Shown: positions 1-13,915 of the stretch, piece by piece
Layout of the letters: each line of letters begins with the position of its first letter
Position numbering within the stretch: the first letter of the stretch is position 1
DNA from: Magallana gigas
Taxonomy: Eukaryota
Assembly (NCBI RefSeq): GCF_963853765.1
Contig: NC_088855.1
Location: 47,802,001-47,866,000 of the forward strand
Reading direction: 5' to 3'
Length of the DNA stretch: 64,000 nucleotides
The notes under the pieces: model-generated
Told to the model about the DNA's origin: nothing
Seen by the model: the letters and a program-made list of their open reading frames with translations, nothing else
The model's database searches: none
Translations under genes and position numbers: made by a program

Positions 1-3000
1 TTGACAGGGTAAACATTTTCCTGTTTCAGATCACCTTCCGACCTGAGATTGCCTGCTGAATTTTGTCTCCTTGTGCTTTTCCTTGGAACCTGATTAGTGA
101 CATAGTGACCTCCAAATGATTTATTTATAAGCTATTGCCAAATGGTACTATACTGGTACTTAATTCACATAAGCCAACTAATAAAACATTGTTATCTACA
201 ATACATAATACAGAACATAATAAAATATCAAATCTAAAAACAGAAAGTGAGCTCAATCTTATTTGAATTTTCAATAAATGATTTATTTCAAACAATAATC
301 TTATGATACCTGTATCAATAGTTAATCATATAAAGCATAACTGACCTTTTCTATACATGTAATGGTCTTATCAAATTGTACAAAAGGAATAGATTGAGTC
401 TCTTTCAATGTGCACATGTAATCACTACCAAGTGAACTATCAAGCATTAAGTTGAGCCATACTACAGTTAGCATCTTTAATATATCTGAACAACTTTTCA
501 TCTGTTTATTCTATTTAGTTAGACTACAGTACAATTTAGCTAGATAGAATTGTGAGTGGTTATACAAACAATACAGCCCAAACATCTCACCTCCAGAATT
601 ATTGATTTTAATAAGGTGTCTGAATCATTATCTGGGTTCTAAAATAAAGCCAGAATAAAGTGTCAACAAAAAAGATATGTACTTTACCAACCCCCCACCA
701 AAAATAAAAATACAATTACAGGTTCCTCAATATTGGTCAAAAGTTAGCAACAGCAACAGTGCATAAAATGACCTCTCATAAAAGATACAGTAGTGACGTC
801 AGGGAAAAAAACATTGATTGGCGTTAATGGTGTAATTTTTAAAATTATGAAGAAAAAATGAATTGTATAAATCCCTGATTATGTCCGAAAAGGTTTGGTC
901 CACTCCAAATAAAAATATTTCAACTACATTTTTTCAACATATTATTTTTTTTTTTTTTCTGGGGGGGGGGGGGGGGATAATAAAGCTCAATAATGTGTGT
1001 ACTCACTGCTGGGGGCTGGGCAAGAGAGCTGTCTTTCATGCCAGCACTTTTGATGCTGAGGTTGTCAATGCTGCTGTAGTCCTCGTCTGATGCCACCTGG
1101 TCATAGATCGGCTCCTCATCACTCGCAATGCTGTTGAAGTTTGTTTTCCTTTGAACAACTTGACTGGGCAATTTGTCTACAAAATAATAAGAAAAACAAA
1201 CTCCGTTTATAAATCTTATATATCTTGGAAATTATTATCCTACATACATGCACAAAGACAAAAAGGAAAGCATCTAGAAGAAAGATGACATATTCCGTTA
1301 GTTTAATTAAACTGATGCTCTTCAATGCCCAAAAATTTCCAAAACCATTAATAGAGTTCATGTAATTAAAGTGGTCATCTAACTTTGTAATCATAGAGAC
1401 AATCAGAAAAAAAAAAACATCTTCATACAATTTCTTGTTTTGTGTCTTGTAACTGAATCAATAAAATTTCCACATATTTGATTTCACTATAATAACAATT
1501 TCTATGCAGCTTCAATTTATTTAAAAGTCACATTAAATTCATGCCCCAAAGTTTTTTTTATTGCAAAGTGTCTGTTACGTAAACGATGCATTTAACATCA
1601 GACACAAGAAGAGTCTGTTTGCTCAATCAGGCCCATCACCACATAGATGAAACCATGTGCAGTAATCTATAACATGATACTAATACAGTTAAAAATAGTC
1701 TCCTGTCTTCCGTTTTGTGAGCAATAGGTGCCAAAAGATGTCAAAACATAAAAACTTTAAAAAGTCTTATCTTCAAAAGTTGCATCATTACCTGCAAGAA
1801 TGAATAGACTGGTACAAACACTTCTTAGAAATTCCTCTCTATAGAAGGCAAGAGTTCACAACAAGAGAAGTCAACCTAATTGTGTGCACATCCCATATAG
1901 TTCACACATATACACAAAATAAAGTGTCAACCCAGATGCATATATGAATTTCAACCAACAGTAAGGCTCCAAGAGGTTAGTGTTGTTTGTATAGGGACAG
2001 TTCTTCAACCCTAGATCAATGACCACGAAACCAGGGGCACCTGTCTGCCCGGCCTGATAACAGGACACAGACTTAACTCCATTCTACCTGTAAAACTGGG
2101 CGGAATCATTGAAATTTGAGATGGAGATTGAAAAAATAAACCTTTAAATTGCCCCTGTCATTGCAGAGCAAATTAAATCTTAAATCACTGGTAAAAGCAG
2201 TTTGTCAGTGTGTGGAGGATTTCAAGCGTAAAATGTGTCTGACCTCCAGAGATAACCTGACCCACTCGTCACAAACCCTGACTGCTTCCGATTAATCTGT
2301 GTAACCAAATACCACAGATCATCATTTGTGATCCAAATGCTTTCTTTGTGCTGTGATCTTTATGTATTGCACTGTTCGATGTCTGTAAGAGCAGACTCAG
2401 GCATACCTAGTAGGGCCAAATTCTGATGTGTTGGTGCCCTCTGTCTGACAAGACCTTGGATTTATTGAGATGTATGAGATAAGACCATTAAACCTGTCTA
2501 TTTCATAATATGTTACACAAATATTCAACCCAAGATGCAATACAGCTTATCCAAGGTGAATAGGTAAAAAATACACTACAAATTCCAAGGTCACAGATGC
2601 AGACGAATCCAGTAAACACCGTTAATACTTCCAAGGTCTGTCCCTGGTGATTTTTTATACATGTATCTACAACAGGTGCTTAAATTAATATGCATAGAAA
2701 TGCTCACTTTAGACTCCCCTCCAATATTTATACATACATCACCTGACATCAACCCCCCCCCCCCCTTTCAACTTCTTTTTCAAATTAAAAAGGGTTTATT
2801 ATATGATTCAGAAAATCTCTACTTACCCCTTAATTAGTTAAGAATTATTCATTAAGGATTGAGTTTACTTTATATGGATGACCAAGTTTTCAAAAAGTGA
2901 ACATCAAATACGAGTGGATGAAGCTTCTTGTTATGCCAGACCATTCAATGCCTCCCATTATAAACAATATATAATTCAATACACATAATTCATAATATCA

Positions 3001-6000
3001 AACAATAAAAATTTTGATTTTCATCATTTTGCCTTAAGCTAAAAATATTTGATGTAGAGTTCAGTTCCTTTTTCCTCATTGAAATATTTTGATTTTATAT
3101 GAGGGTTGTTTGGAAATTATTGAGACATTTAATCTTACTTCCTTGAGAAAAAAGATAAACCACTAAAATTTCACTTAAATGTTAATCAGGATACCATTCA
3201 TTAATGTGAAAATTTTCCAGTCATCATTAGACCATTTCTGGTAAGCTGACAAACTTCCTTACATCCAGTGACCCGGCGCAACCCCAATCTCTTCACATCA
3301 TTTTAACATGTTTCCTAGCTCCTATTTTTTATACGCTTTACAATTTAACAAACAGAAATATTCCTCTTTCTCATCTATTTTGTTTTAACTTTAAGATATA
3401 AACATTAACATACATGTATCTTCTCCTTTCTTGATTTTTTTGGTGAAAAAATTAAGTCATTTCTACCCAAAAGTTAAATTTCTGTGAAAGGTCTGTTAAA
3501 GATATTCTGTACATATTCTTGGCCTGTAAAGGTATTCTTCCGCGTTTCCTACAAATTTGATGTGTATTCGCTGCGCCGCCTTGACGTCAAAATTCAATAA
3601 ACCATCGTGGTCAGATTGTCTATTGCTTGGTAATTATATTTGTAGTATCTCTGTATTTCAACTCAAACACTAGTGAAACATGCCCACAAGTTAGTCACAA
3701 TAGCAAAATAAACATACATTATTTGATTTCCTTTACTATTAATTGTTGGTCCACCAACACTTAGTAACTATTTCTGAAAGTTTATTTATCTCCGAGTTTA
3801 TGCCTGAGCTGGGTACCCCGACCTCCGACTTGTTAACAAAATATTCAATATTTTTTAATATTGCTTTGTTTCATTATTTGTTTACTTTTCTTCAATGTCA
3901 TTAATACCCCACACTCCCCCATTATATATTTACTTAACAATGCTACACAAAATCAATGGCAGGGTACAAATTTATCAATAATACACAAAATACTTTAATA
4001 AAGGGGCATAGCTCTCCAAAAATTATCACATCAAAACTTCTTGAAAATATGAGCATCTATATTTGTCTTTCAATCTTTCATAACAACAAAATTCTAAATT
4101 CAAAAAGGCCGAAATTTCCAGGAAAAAAGAAATTTATTTTATGGTACATGTAATATGCATATCTACATGTTATGTCCCACTCATTGTGTCTTAGAAACCT
4201 GCGATGATTTACAAAATTCTGGGTAGAGGTTTAAAAAAGTTGCTTTGACAAAGTAGATTGACGATGTTCTATGTGGCCAAATTTTTAGGTTTAAACAGGC
4301 CAAAATTCCCACAAAATAAAGGAATCAATATGATAATATTTACATCTTCACATTGTGTCCTAATCAATAATATCTTTCTGTGTCCGACAGTAAATCACTT
4401 TCTACTTAATCCCACTCAATACCTTACACACAGGATTTGTGCAGCTATTGAGCTATTATTGATGATGCCTTGGTATTTAATAAACAATAAATTAACAAAA
4501 ATTTACTTAACATTAAATACTTCCTTACTCATGCAAGTAAATTTTGAATTAACTGTATGTTATTCTGTACATACATCAATTTGAGCTCATATACACTAAG
4601 CACATTTTTTAATAAAGCATTATGGATATTTCTTTTCATCATCTAGTTTCTGTAAAGTGTAAGACCTCCTTCTTGTTGCGACCTGTAGAATGACTACGCA
4701 TTGAATATGTTTTAACTAATTGTTTCTTGGACAAAAACAAATTCTAAATAAATTCTTCAAATCCTTAGAAATGTTTATTAACTCTAAAATATCCAAAAAT
4801 AATTTGTTCATATCAAAGATTTGAATTTTTTTGAAAGCTTTCTATCTCACACTATCAAAGACAGATGATTACTTTGGCTCACCGGAGAATAATCATGACT
4901 AATCTGTCAGGAAGTGGGTTAAAACCTCTACTTCACCATGTAAAAAATTGACAATTTAACACTTTTTACAATATATATTTACAACTGCACTGGATAAACA
5001 GGCTACATATATATAGCTTTGTTAAAAAAATAAATATACATGTAATAGTTGATTTATTTTGATTTCAATTTATATTATAAGTATGAAGAACATGCTTGGG
5101 ATGAAAGCAGTACTTCAGCTGATTGAGGAACAGAGAAATGAAAAAACCTTACCAAAACTAAAGAGAGAGATATCAAACCAACTCCTAAACTCCCTTAATA
5201 TCCTTTTGATATCTATTTCATTTTCAATATGGATTAAGGGCCATTTAACCCAAAGAAAAATCTTAAAAAGGACAATAAGTGCAGATGATAAAAAAATCAC
5301 ATTTACTTATCGGTACTCAAGTAGGGAGAATGCATGTGAATTAAGTTTTTTGATAACATTATCTTAGTCTAATTTATTGTTCATGATACTTCAACTGATT
5401 GCAAAATTTACAAACACTGCAGATTAAAGTATTGCTATTTATATCAAGAAGAAGATCTACAACTGAAATACCAGTAAGTAATGGCCCATGCAAGTCAATG
5501 GTACACGCAAAGAACAATAACTCTATCAAACAAACTAAACACTTCACTGATTATTACCAAACTGTCATAACAATTCAAAATCTCCCTACCTGGTTCTTTG
5601 GGAGTCTGAACAGGGGACATCACTCCTGTTTGTCTTCTTTTTGCGTCATTTAAAATGTCTATAATTAATGTGGCAAACTCCCTTGCATTGAATCTGGCAA
5701 GCTTCTGACGGCCCTGTAATGTAAGACAAATCAGAAATTAAGCTCACTTCAATTAAATTTCATTCAATATATCAAAATGTTTAGCAGTTTTAACAAAATT
5801 TAATATTCACAACATAGAGATGACTGTGGTTTAATCAGGGAAAAGAAAATCTGAACACCAGGAAATATAGTATCCGGAGCACACAAGTAAAACATATCGA
5901 TAATAACTTAAAGGGGCATCGTCATGATTTTGGGCAAGAATTTTTTTTCTGATTTTAATGTTAACAATGCTTCAGTAATGCATTTTTGATAGGAAACCAA

Positions 6001-9000
6001 AATTTGAGTGTCATTTGTTGAGTTATAGGCAAGTTACAGAGCTTACAATTCTTTGCTGTGTAAACAAAGCTTTTGCTTAAATTTTGAATGTTGAAGTGAA
6101 AATTCAAATTTTAGACTTAAAATGAATATGTTAAACGTTAGGAACTGTTTTTTTATGCTTAAAATTAATAAAAAGAGAGACAAATCAGCTTGAAAATTAT
6201 TTTTTACTGGTGTATTGAACCTATGAAAAAAAAAACAGGGCATGGGCCTTGTTTACATGACAAAGAATTCTGAGCTCTATATCCAAAATTCATTTGATCA
6301 TTAGAAATGAATTTCTAAAGCATTGTAAATAATAAAAAGAGAAAAACAGAATTTGACCAAAATTGTGACCATGCCCCTTTATCCTAAAATAGAGAATTGC
6401 AGAAAAAGAGAAAAAAATGGATATAATATGTGAGGAAAAAATGTTCATACCTGATTGCGTGTGGCTGAAAAATCTGGGTTGAGGGGAAGAAAAGGCACCC
6501 CCTGCCGATCACTGACTAAAGCCTTGTTGTCATGAGTTTGTAACCAATCTGTTCAAAGAAACAAGTAGGCTTTATGCATGAAAAAGAAATACTTTACACT
6601 AACATATTCACTAAAGTTGAACAGTCAATCTAAAACCAAGCACTTTTGTTTTTGCTAAAGTGAGTAGTATTACTTACGCTCATCATTTTCTCTTCTGTCA
6701 ACCTCATCATACACATCCATGGCAAGCTCTTCAAATAAGTGATTTGGAAGCTGAAAATGCAAAGGTAATCATTTTAACACTTCCAAAACTGATTACATGA
6801 TGGTTGATGACATGAAAAGAAATAAGATGGCCAAACACTTACTGCTTGCAGCTTTTTCTTTGCCTGCTTAGCTAGCTCTGACATGTCTAGAGAACTGTAA
6901 ACAAGAAAATTTATATAAAAGACATTCACTTTAACTGTCAAAACTCTTACTTTACTCGTTAATGACTAGGACAATATTATCTCAACACATTTTCTAGTTT
7001 TTTTTAACACATGTGTATTTATCTGACATTTTCTACCTAGTCATGCATTAAAATAAGTACCTATCTGCCATCTCCGGTATTTTGAAATGAATGCCTGTCC
7101 TATGATCTGAAAAGTAATCACAAAATTTCACAATGAGTGAACAGAGTATGTTTTTAAAATTTTTCGCTTTCTAGCAATTCTGTAAAAAAGCTCCGAATTC
7201 ATTTCCTCTTACCAGGTTTTCGTTGACAAAGATAAAATGCCAGTCTATCTGTCAGCTCGTACTGACACTCAACAAGTCTGTCCGCCAAATCCATATGATC
7301 TTCAGCTCTGTCAATTTGGAAAACTCAGTGATCATCAAATTTTACCATAGTCATTAATGTGTAATTATTATCAACAGGAACATATGCATTTTTGCATACT
7401 TCATGTAGGAATTCTAAACATAACTCTAACATATATTAAAAGCTATCTATCCAACACTCTGATAAGGGGGGTAACTCCTCTTACTTTGCATGGTCGATGG
7501 GTGTTTTCCCATTGGAGTCGTATGCCCCTGGGTCAGCACCATACACTACCAACAGTTCCACTTGTAATGGTTGACCACTCTGGGCTGCTACATGCAAAGG
7601 ACAATTTCCTTTCTCCTAAAAAAAAAAAAAAACAACAAATAAATCATTTCAGAAAATTACTCGAAAAGTTCAAATAAAAGGGAATTGAACATAAAAAGCA
7701 TGAAAGGGTGTATTTGTAGAATTCACTTACAGGGTGAAAGTAATTTGGATCCGCTCCTTTAGACAGAAGGCGTAAGCATGTCTCTAAATTGTTGGTTCTA
7801 ACACTTGAGTGTAATTGCTGAATAATTTAGATATAAATGATCACACATACTGATAATAAATTCAAATCTTGAACATTAGGATCATTTTTCATGGAAACTA
7901 AATATATTAATACAATGTCAAGAAAAAAGATTTGAAGTACTCATTATTCTACAATACCTTGCTCAAATCATCAATGGAATTGAGTTCACCATCTTTCTGC
8001 TTGTTAACAAACTGTAAGAACTGGTACTTTGATCTGATGAATTCTGTTTTTACTGGACTGAAAGAAAAAGATTTTTTAAATTTTAAAGCTAAAAAGAGAA
8101 GCTTTTTATTATTTAACACAGTGGCAGTATAGCTGTAGCTCCCTGTCTGAAAAATTTCGGATGGAAGACATGGAAGTTACAGTTCAATTTGTGTTATAAA
8201 GTTGCAATTTGCACGAAAAATTGCACTGGTTTTTGACTGATTAACCTTATTTCCATACAAATTCTGTAGAAAATGCTATTACCATTCATTTCTTCAGGCA
8301 ATCTTCTACTGATGTCACTTTACTTGATCTTAATTATGCTAACCGACCTCAGAAAATGAAGTTATGTTTAATTCACGTGCAGATCAAGACATACCATTTT
8401 GACATGTAAACAAACTTCACTTTACCGTGTGGATGGTGGTGTTAAAAGAATATCAGAGGCAAGTTAAGTGACGACATCTGTAGTAAAATGTCAGAGAAAT
8501 TTTTTTTTTGAATCAAATAATTGTAAAGAATGCATTCAGAAATAAAATTAATCAGTCCAAAACCAGCTCAAATTCATATGGAACTGTAGCTCACAGGTCA
8601 CTTATACAAATCTTTTTAGAACAGGTGCTACAGACCTGCAGCTAGTGGCCATAGTGCTTTTAATTATTGACATCTCTTTCAAACACAGACCTAGCACACA
8701 GTTCCTAGAAGCTCCTAATTTTGGTAAATACAGTTGATTTTTAATAATCGTCAATACCCTATTTAACACAAATTTTGAACATATGATGTGTAAGAAATTG
8801 TGAATTCAGGTTTGCTAGAAAATTTAAATATTTCTACAACACCATCAATTACCATTAACCAAAAAATCTTTCAAGACCTCATGCTTCCCCTCTCTCTCTC
8901 CTCTCTCTCTCTCCTCTCTCTCTCTCTTATAAAAGCTTTGAGACATTTTGTACATCTGCAGTTTGAAATTTGCATTTTTCCTGTGTATGTTGTTTACTAT

Positions 9001-12000
9001 ATTCCCAAATCAAAGGCTTATTATATGCTGTTGATTTTCCATGTATTAGGGAAGTCAGTGAACAATATGATATTTGTTCTTGTAAATTTCATACATCCTT
9101 AACATTATTTTTTATATTTATTTTTTCCTTCTAGAGATTGACCTGCCTACATTATTTTCCTCTTCCCAGAATTTTCGTGGTTTCAATAAAGGTCTTTAAA
9201 GTGAAAATAAATTTATAACAGTAGCTTTGGAATTAACTAACACAATCTATATCCCTGTGCATATTTGGATATAACAGTTGCATACTGTTACAGGGAAGTT
9301 TACATGAAAATAATGAATGCTACCCAGACTGGTATTATCTAAGCTAAGTTTCAATTTAGCATGAGGTGGTGTTGAAATTAACATTTGATGAACTGTAAAT
9401 GGGTCATATGCAACACAAGATTTTCCCCAAAGAAATAATGATTAAAACAATGTTTATCACTATTCCTCGATAAACCTTATCATAACTTTATCACACTGCC
9501 TTGCATGTAAGCCATTTGATATAAATTTTATCATGTTTCAAAGTGAGTGTAATCATGCTCCTATGTGTTTTGGTTATGGGTGTGTAGTTCTGAGTGCACA
9601 GGATGTCCTTGAGTTGGATGTGGTTCCTGATTTCTACTTCAGCATGCGGAATGCCTGTCCCTGAGCAAGCCGTTTCAATAGTTTTACTTACTGGACTTGA
9701 TCTCTGGGACTGGGTTTTTTCTTGCCATGCTTGCTCTGTGAGGGGTCTAGCAGAGAATGCTCCCAAATACTGTTGGCTCCATGGTTAGCTAAATGCTGCA
9801 CCATCTGTAAAAGACAAACAAGTCTGCTTTAAACACTTAAATGAAAACAAATGTTACAGTGTTTCTGAGGGTGTCTTTTCCTGCATGCTTATTACCCTTG
9901 AAAAGTAATCCATTGATTCGATAGGCCATGTGGTTCTTACTAAATAATTATAAATCCAATTCTATCATTGCATATGTATGGACAATGTTTATTTAACTCT
10001 ATCTATATTTTATTAAGGGATTTAAAATTGCATAATACTCTCAGATATATTCCAATCAGTTAAAAATTTGAAAGGATAAAGTGAATGAAAGGAAAAGCAA
10101 TCTACATGTTCTTTAGTCATACTTGAATGAGAAACCAACTAAATGAAACTTTGCTAAAATTTTACACCAGAAAGATAAGTTTATTTATTTAAATATGTGT
10201 ACTATACATGTATGCTATAATCATTATCTCTAAACATGCATTATTATAATCCTCTGAAGTAATATCCAGGGTTCAAAGCCATTTTTCACTCAAGGAGGTT
10301 TCACCAAACTCTCAACAACTGCTAATTAATTTACCCGGTAGTTATTGGCTTTCATGATGCTAGTTAAATAACAAATTCTAAATACAAGTACATACATTTC
10401 CAATGGAGATAGAAATGCAAAGGACTAACGGTAAATACATATATAATATGGGCCTAATTAGGCCGCCTAAAACGAACATCACCAATTAAATCTAATTCTA
10501 ATTCTTCCCTTCCTTTATGTCCTTAATACAGAATATACATTCTAAGTTTTTTTATAATTTTCATTTTGATCCCAATGCCCACAATTTTGTAATATGACAT
10601 CATAAAGTTAACCTTTTCCCACCACTTTTGCATTTTTAGCATAAACGGATTGTTTTCAAGCAGTTTTCCTTTCAGAAAACAGTGAGTGATTGCTTGAACA
10701 AACAAAATATTTTCAAAAAAAGATGTATCTATCCAAGACTTATTAGTGGAAAATTTGTTCTTGTTCACAGCGTTGCTCTGCAAATCGTATATTTTCCATT
10801 CAAAAAACAATAGGAAAAATGTCAATTTCGGACAAATTTTGATTTAAGTACAAAAATACTGTCACTTCTGAAGTCACATACTGCCATTGAGTGCAAATAA
10901 ATAAGTGAAAAACATATATTATATCAAATGTCCTCAAAATATGCCCTGAAGCACTTTCAATAATTACAAATCATGGGGCCATGTTAGGCCCATATCATAG
11001 TAACAGTCCTTTATAAATTTTCATTTTTCTCAAAACTGCTGTGTAACTGAGTCTTTATGTAATATTAACTATCTGCAAATAAGTATCAATGCTTCATATC
11101 AACAATTCTAAATTCCAATCACTGGCACTCTTGTTTTTATCAAATAATTAATGCAGTGTGTCAAAATCTGCTTTTACATGAATTTAAATATACAAAAAAG
11201 ACTGTAGCTGCCACCTGATTGACCTGAATGAGTTGAGTCACTGTTTGGGTTAAGTTTCCCTTCAGATTCCAGGGTAAATGACTCAATGATTGTACTCGAG
11301 GCACTGTAACAAGAGCTGTAACAAGATATGAGGGGACAGAGGCAGGCTCAATTTGTGATATACCTAAATACTCTATTAGTACAGTAGCTTTTTTCTAACA
11401 TCTAAACAAATAATTTTCAGATCATGGTCATAGTGAACCACAAAATCACTTTCAAAAGGTGACATATTTATCCCTTGTAAATGGTAATACATGTACTAGT
11501 AACTCAACAATCTTAAATTGAGTAACTTTGCACACCTTTTCTAAGAATTTTTAAAATTCTTGCCAAACATATTATTTGACTTTTAGAATTTAATTTCTAA
11601 CACATGGCTATATCTAACTTTAAAAAGTACCTAAAATTGGGCACCTTAAAAGCTTTTCATGAATCCAGTACTGGTAACTTAATATCTGAAGTTAACTGCA
11701 AATCTTCAATCAATCTTGTTACCAGTATAATTCATTTGATAAATCTAACCTACAAGTTCAACTTTGTATTCCATGTATTCTAAAAAAAAAAAAAAACCCC
11801 AGAATTCTAAGTCTGAGGGATTTGAATTAACATTACATATTAACGATTGGGATTCCCTTGAATTCTTTTTGAGCAGAGTGAGGTACTGCAGTAATTGTGT
11901 ACAAGGAACTTACCAGATAACAAAGAAGAGTTTCACCTACTGTTTATGAATGGCCAAATGGTACTTGTAAGTGAAAGATGTACAACGTGTACATCTGACC

Positions 12001-13859
12001 AAGTCTGGGTGATGGTCACTCTGAGTCAACAAACAGGGATATGCTCTAACAATCTCAGGTGACTAAGTTACTGTTATACAATGTTACTTACAGCTAACAG
12101 TGTGGGACTCCATTGTCCCTTGGTCAGTGATTTGACCTGAGAAATGTGGCGACCCAGACTTCGATGGACACTGCAGCACTCATCACAGATTAGGACACCC
12201 CGGTTGATGGAGGCCCATGTGGGATCTACAAAATTAAAATCAGACTCATATACATGTATATAATAATGAAATGACACTGTCATCTGCAAGAAGCAGATAT
12301 TTCTTCACATTGGGGGTTTTCTTTGGAGGTGGAGTGAGGGAGGTGTAGGTGGGAGGGATGCTGGTGGGGTTGTTTTAAATCTTATTAAGAATATTTGTAG
12401 CAGGCTTGGCAGTTTTAAAACTTTTAATCTATATCAATCAATCAAAGTTGTCTTTCCCATAATCCTTAATTATAATCATGTACTCTAGCTGGGTTAGAGC
12501 AATTAAATATATATATATGGTTAACAATTTTTATTAAGCATTCACAAAGTTATCTTTCCTATATCTGATACATGTACATCAATTTTGTAAGTGGTTTTGA
12601 ATACATGAAATTCATTTCATATGCGGCAATTATTCAAACTTGTTTCCTTAAATGCCATACTGATATATTTTGGCTAAAATTAATGTAATTGATTTATCTA
12701 ATACACATATCAATCATATCTGATATATGTATGTAACAATATGTATGAAACCCATGGAATAACGATTAAAAAGGATGTTAACATGTAAGGTAGTTGCATG
12801 GATCCTTATATACAGCATCTGATTAAACCACTAGTATGTCTATGAGTCTTGTACATAAGCACCTTTACTATTGTCTGTAATATACATTATGACATCAATG
12901 ACCACACTACAGACACAATCAACATCTTATCTCCTTCTACAAAACATAGCCTTACAAATGCAATATATATATAACACCACATTTATCACTATTTATCAGA
13001 AGACCCTTCTGTTTGAATAATTAATCAACCTTAGCCCCAGTAATTCATAGATGAGCAATCTTTGTGCTAATCTATCATGACCTAATTAAAACTTTCTCAT
13101 CACATAGTAGAGCTCAACTTTGAGATACAACTTTTAAAAGAGCAAAAAATCTGCCACTTCAAAGAACTTTTAATTCAACATCTACAACTGCAGCTTGAGG
13201 AGAAACAATAGAGTATTTGTAATTTTTACAGTTGTAAATCCATCTCTGTCTTTCCCCGATTCCTGCAATCTCTGGCAGAGATTTTACTTTGAGAGCAATC
13301 TTAATCTGATGGAACACAAGTAGGTTCCCTGTCAAACATAAAGATGGAGATAAAAAGATCAGATAAAATCTCCCTCCCTGGGCCTCCCTCCTTCCTACAT
13401 AAAAAATTCTGCCTAGTGCCTTCTCTCCCATTCAAAATATCTGCAAAACCAGAACAGTAGCAAGGCAAAGGAGAGAAGATTAAAAATATATCTCCCCAAC
13501 AACTTGTTATACAGCTGCTGTGAGAGTTAGACTGCTAGCAGATGCAGGAAGGCTAATGGGCAACAAGTTCTGAAGCAGTCAATAACTACTGAGGGGATTA
13601 ATGAGCATGTAGCTATCTAAGGTGACTCAATTGTTTCCACCAGTAATTAGTGGAAGTGTTGGCATGGATTAATAGGGAAAATAATTCACCACCGTCATTA
13701 TATCAGTACTTCTTTTGAAACAGTCTTCAGTCTCATAGGCATCTTGGAAATTAACGGTATATCAAAGTCATAATTAATTTAACAATCTTTGAGTTTGGGG
13801 CTTTTTCTTTTTTCCCTGCATCCAAAGAAAGTTAGATAGAATCTTTGAACCCAGTGTAT

Positions 13860-13915
<56 letters not shown>

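Noticed and set aside
944-976. T15-G16 and other long homopolymer runs as functional signals
   Set aside because: Common in this genome's introns and MITEs, and run lengths are unreliable in assemblies.
13159-13431. 90-aa minus-strand ORF in GIT intron 1 as an alternative exon
   Set aside because: No recognisable motif and no convincing splice sites in phase with exons 1 and 2.
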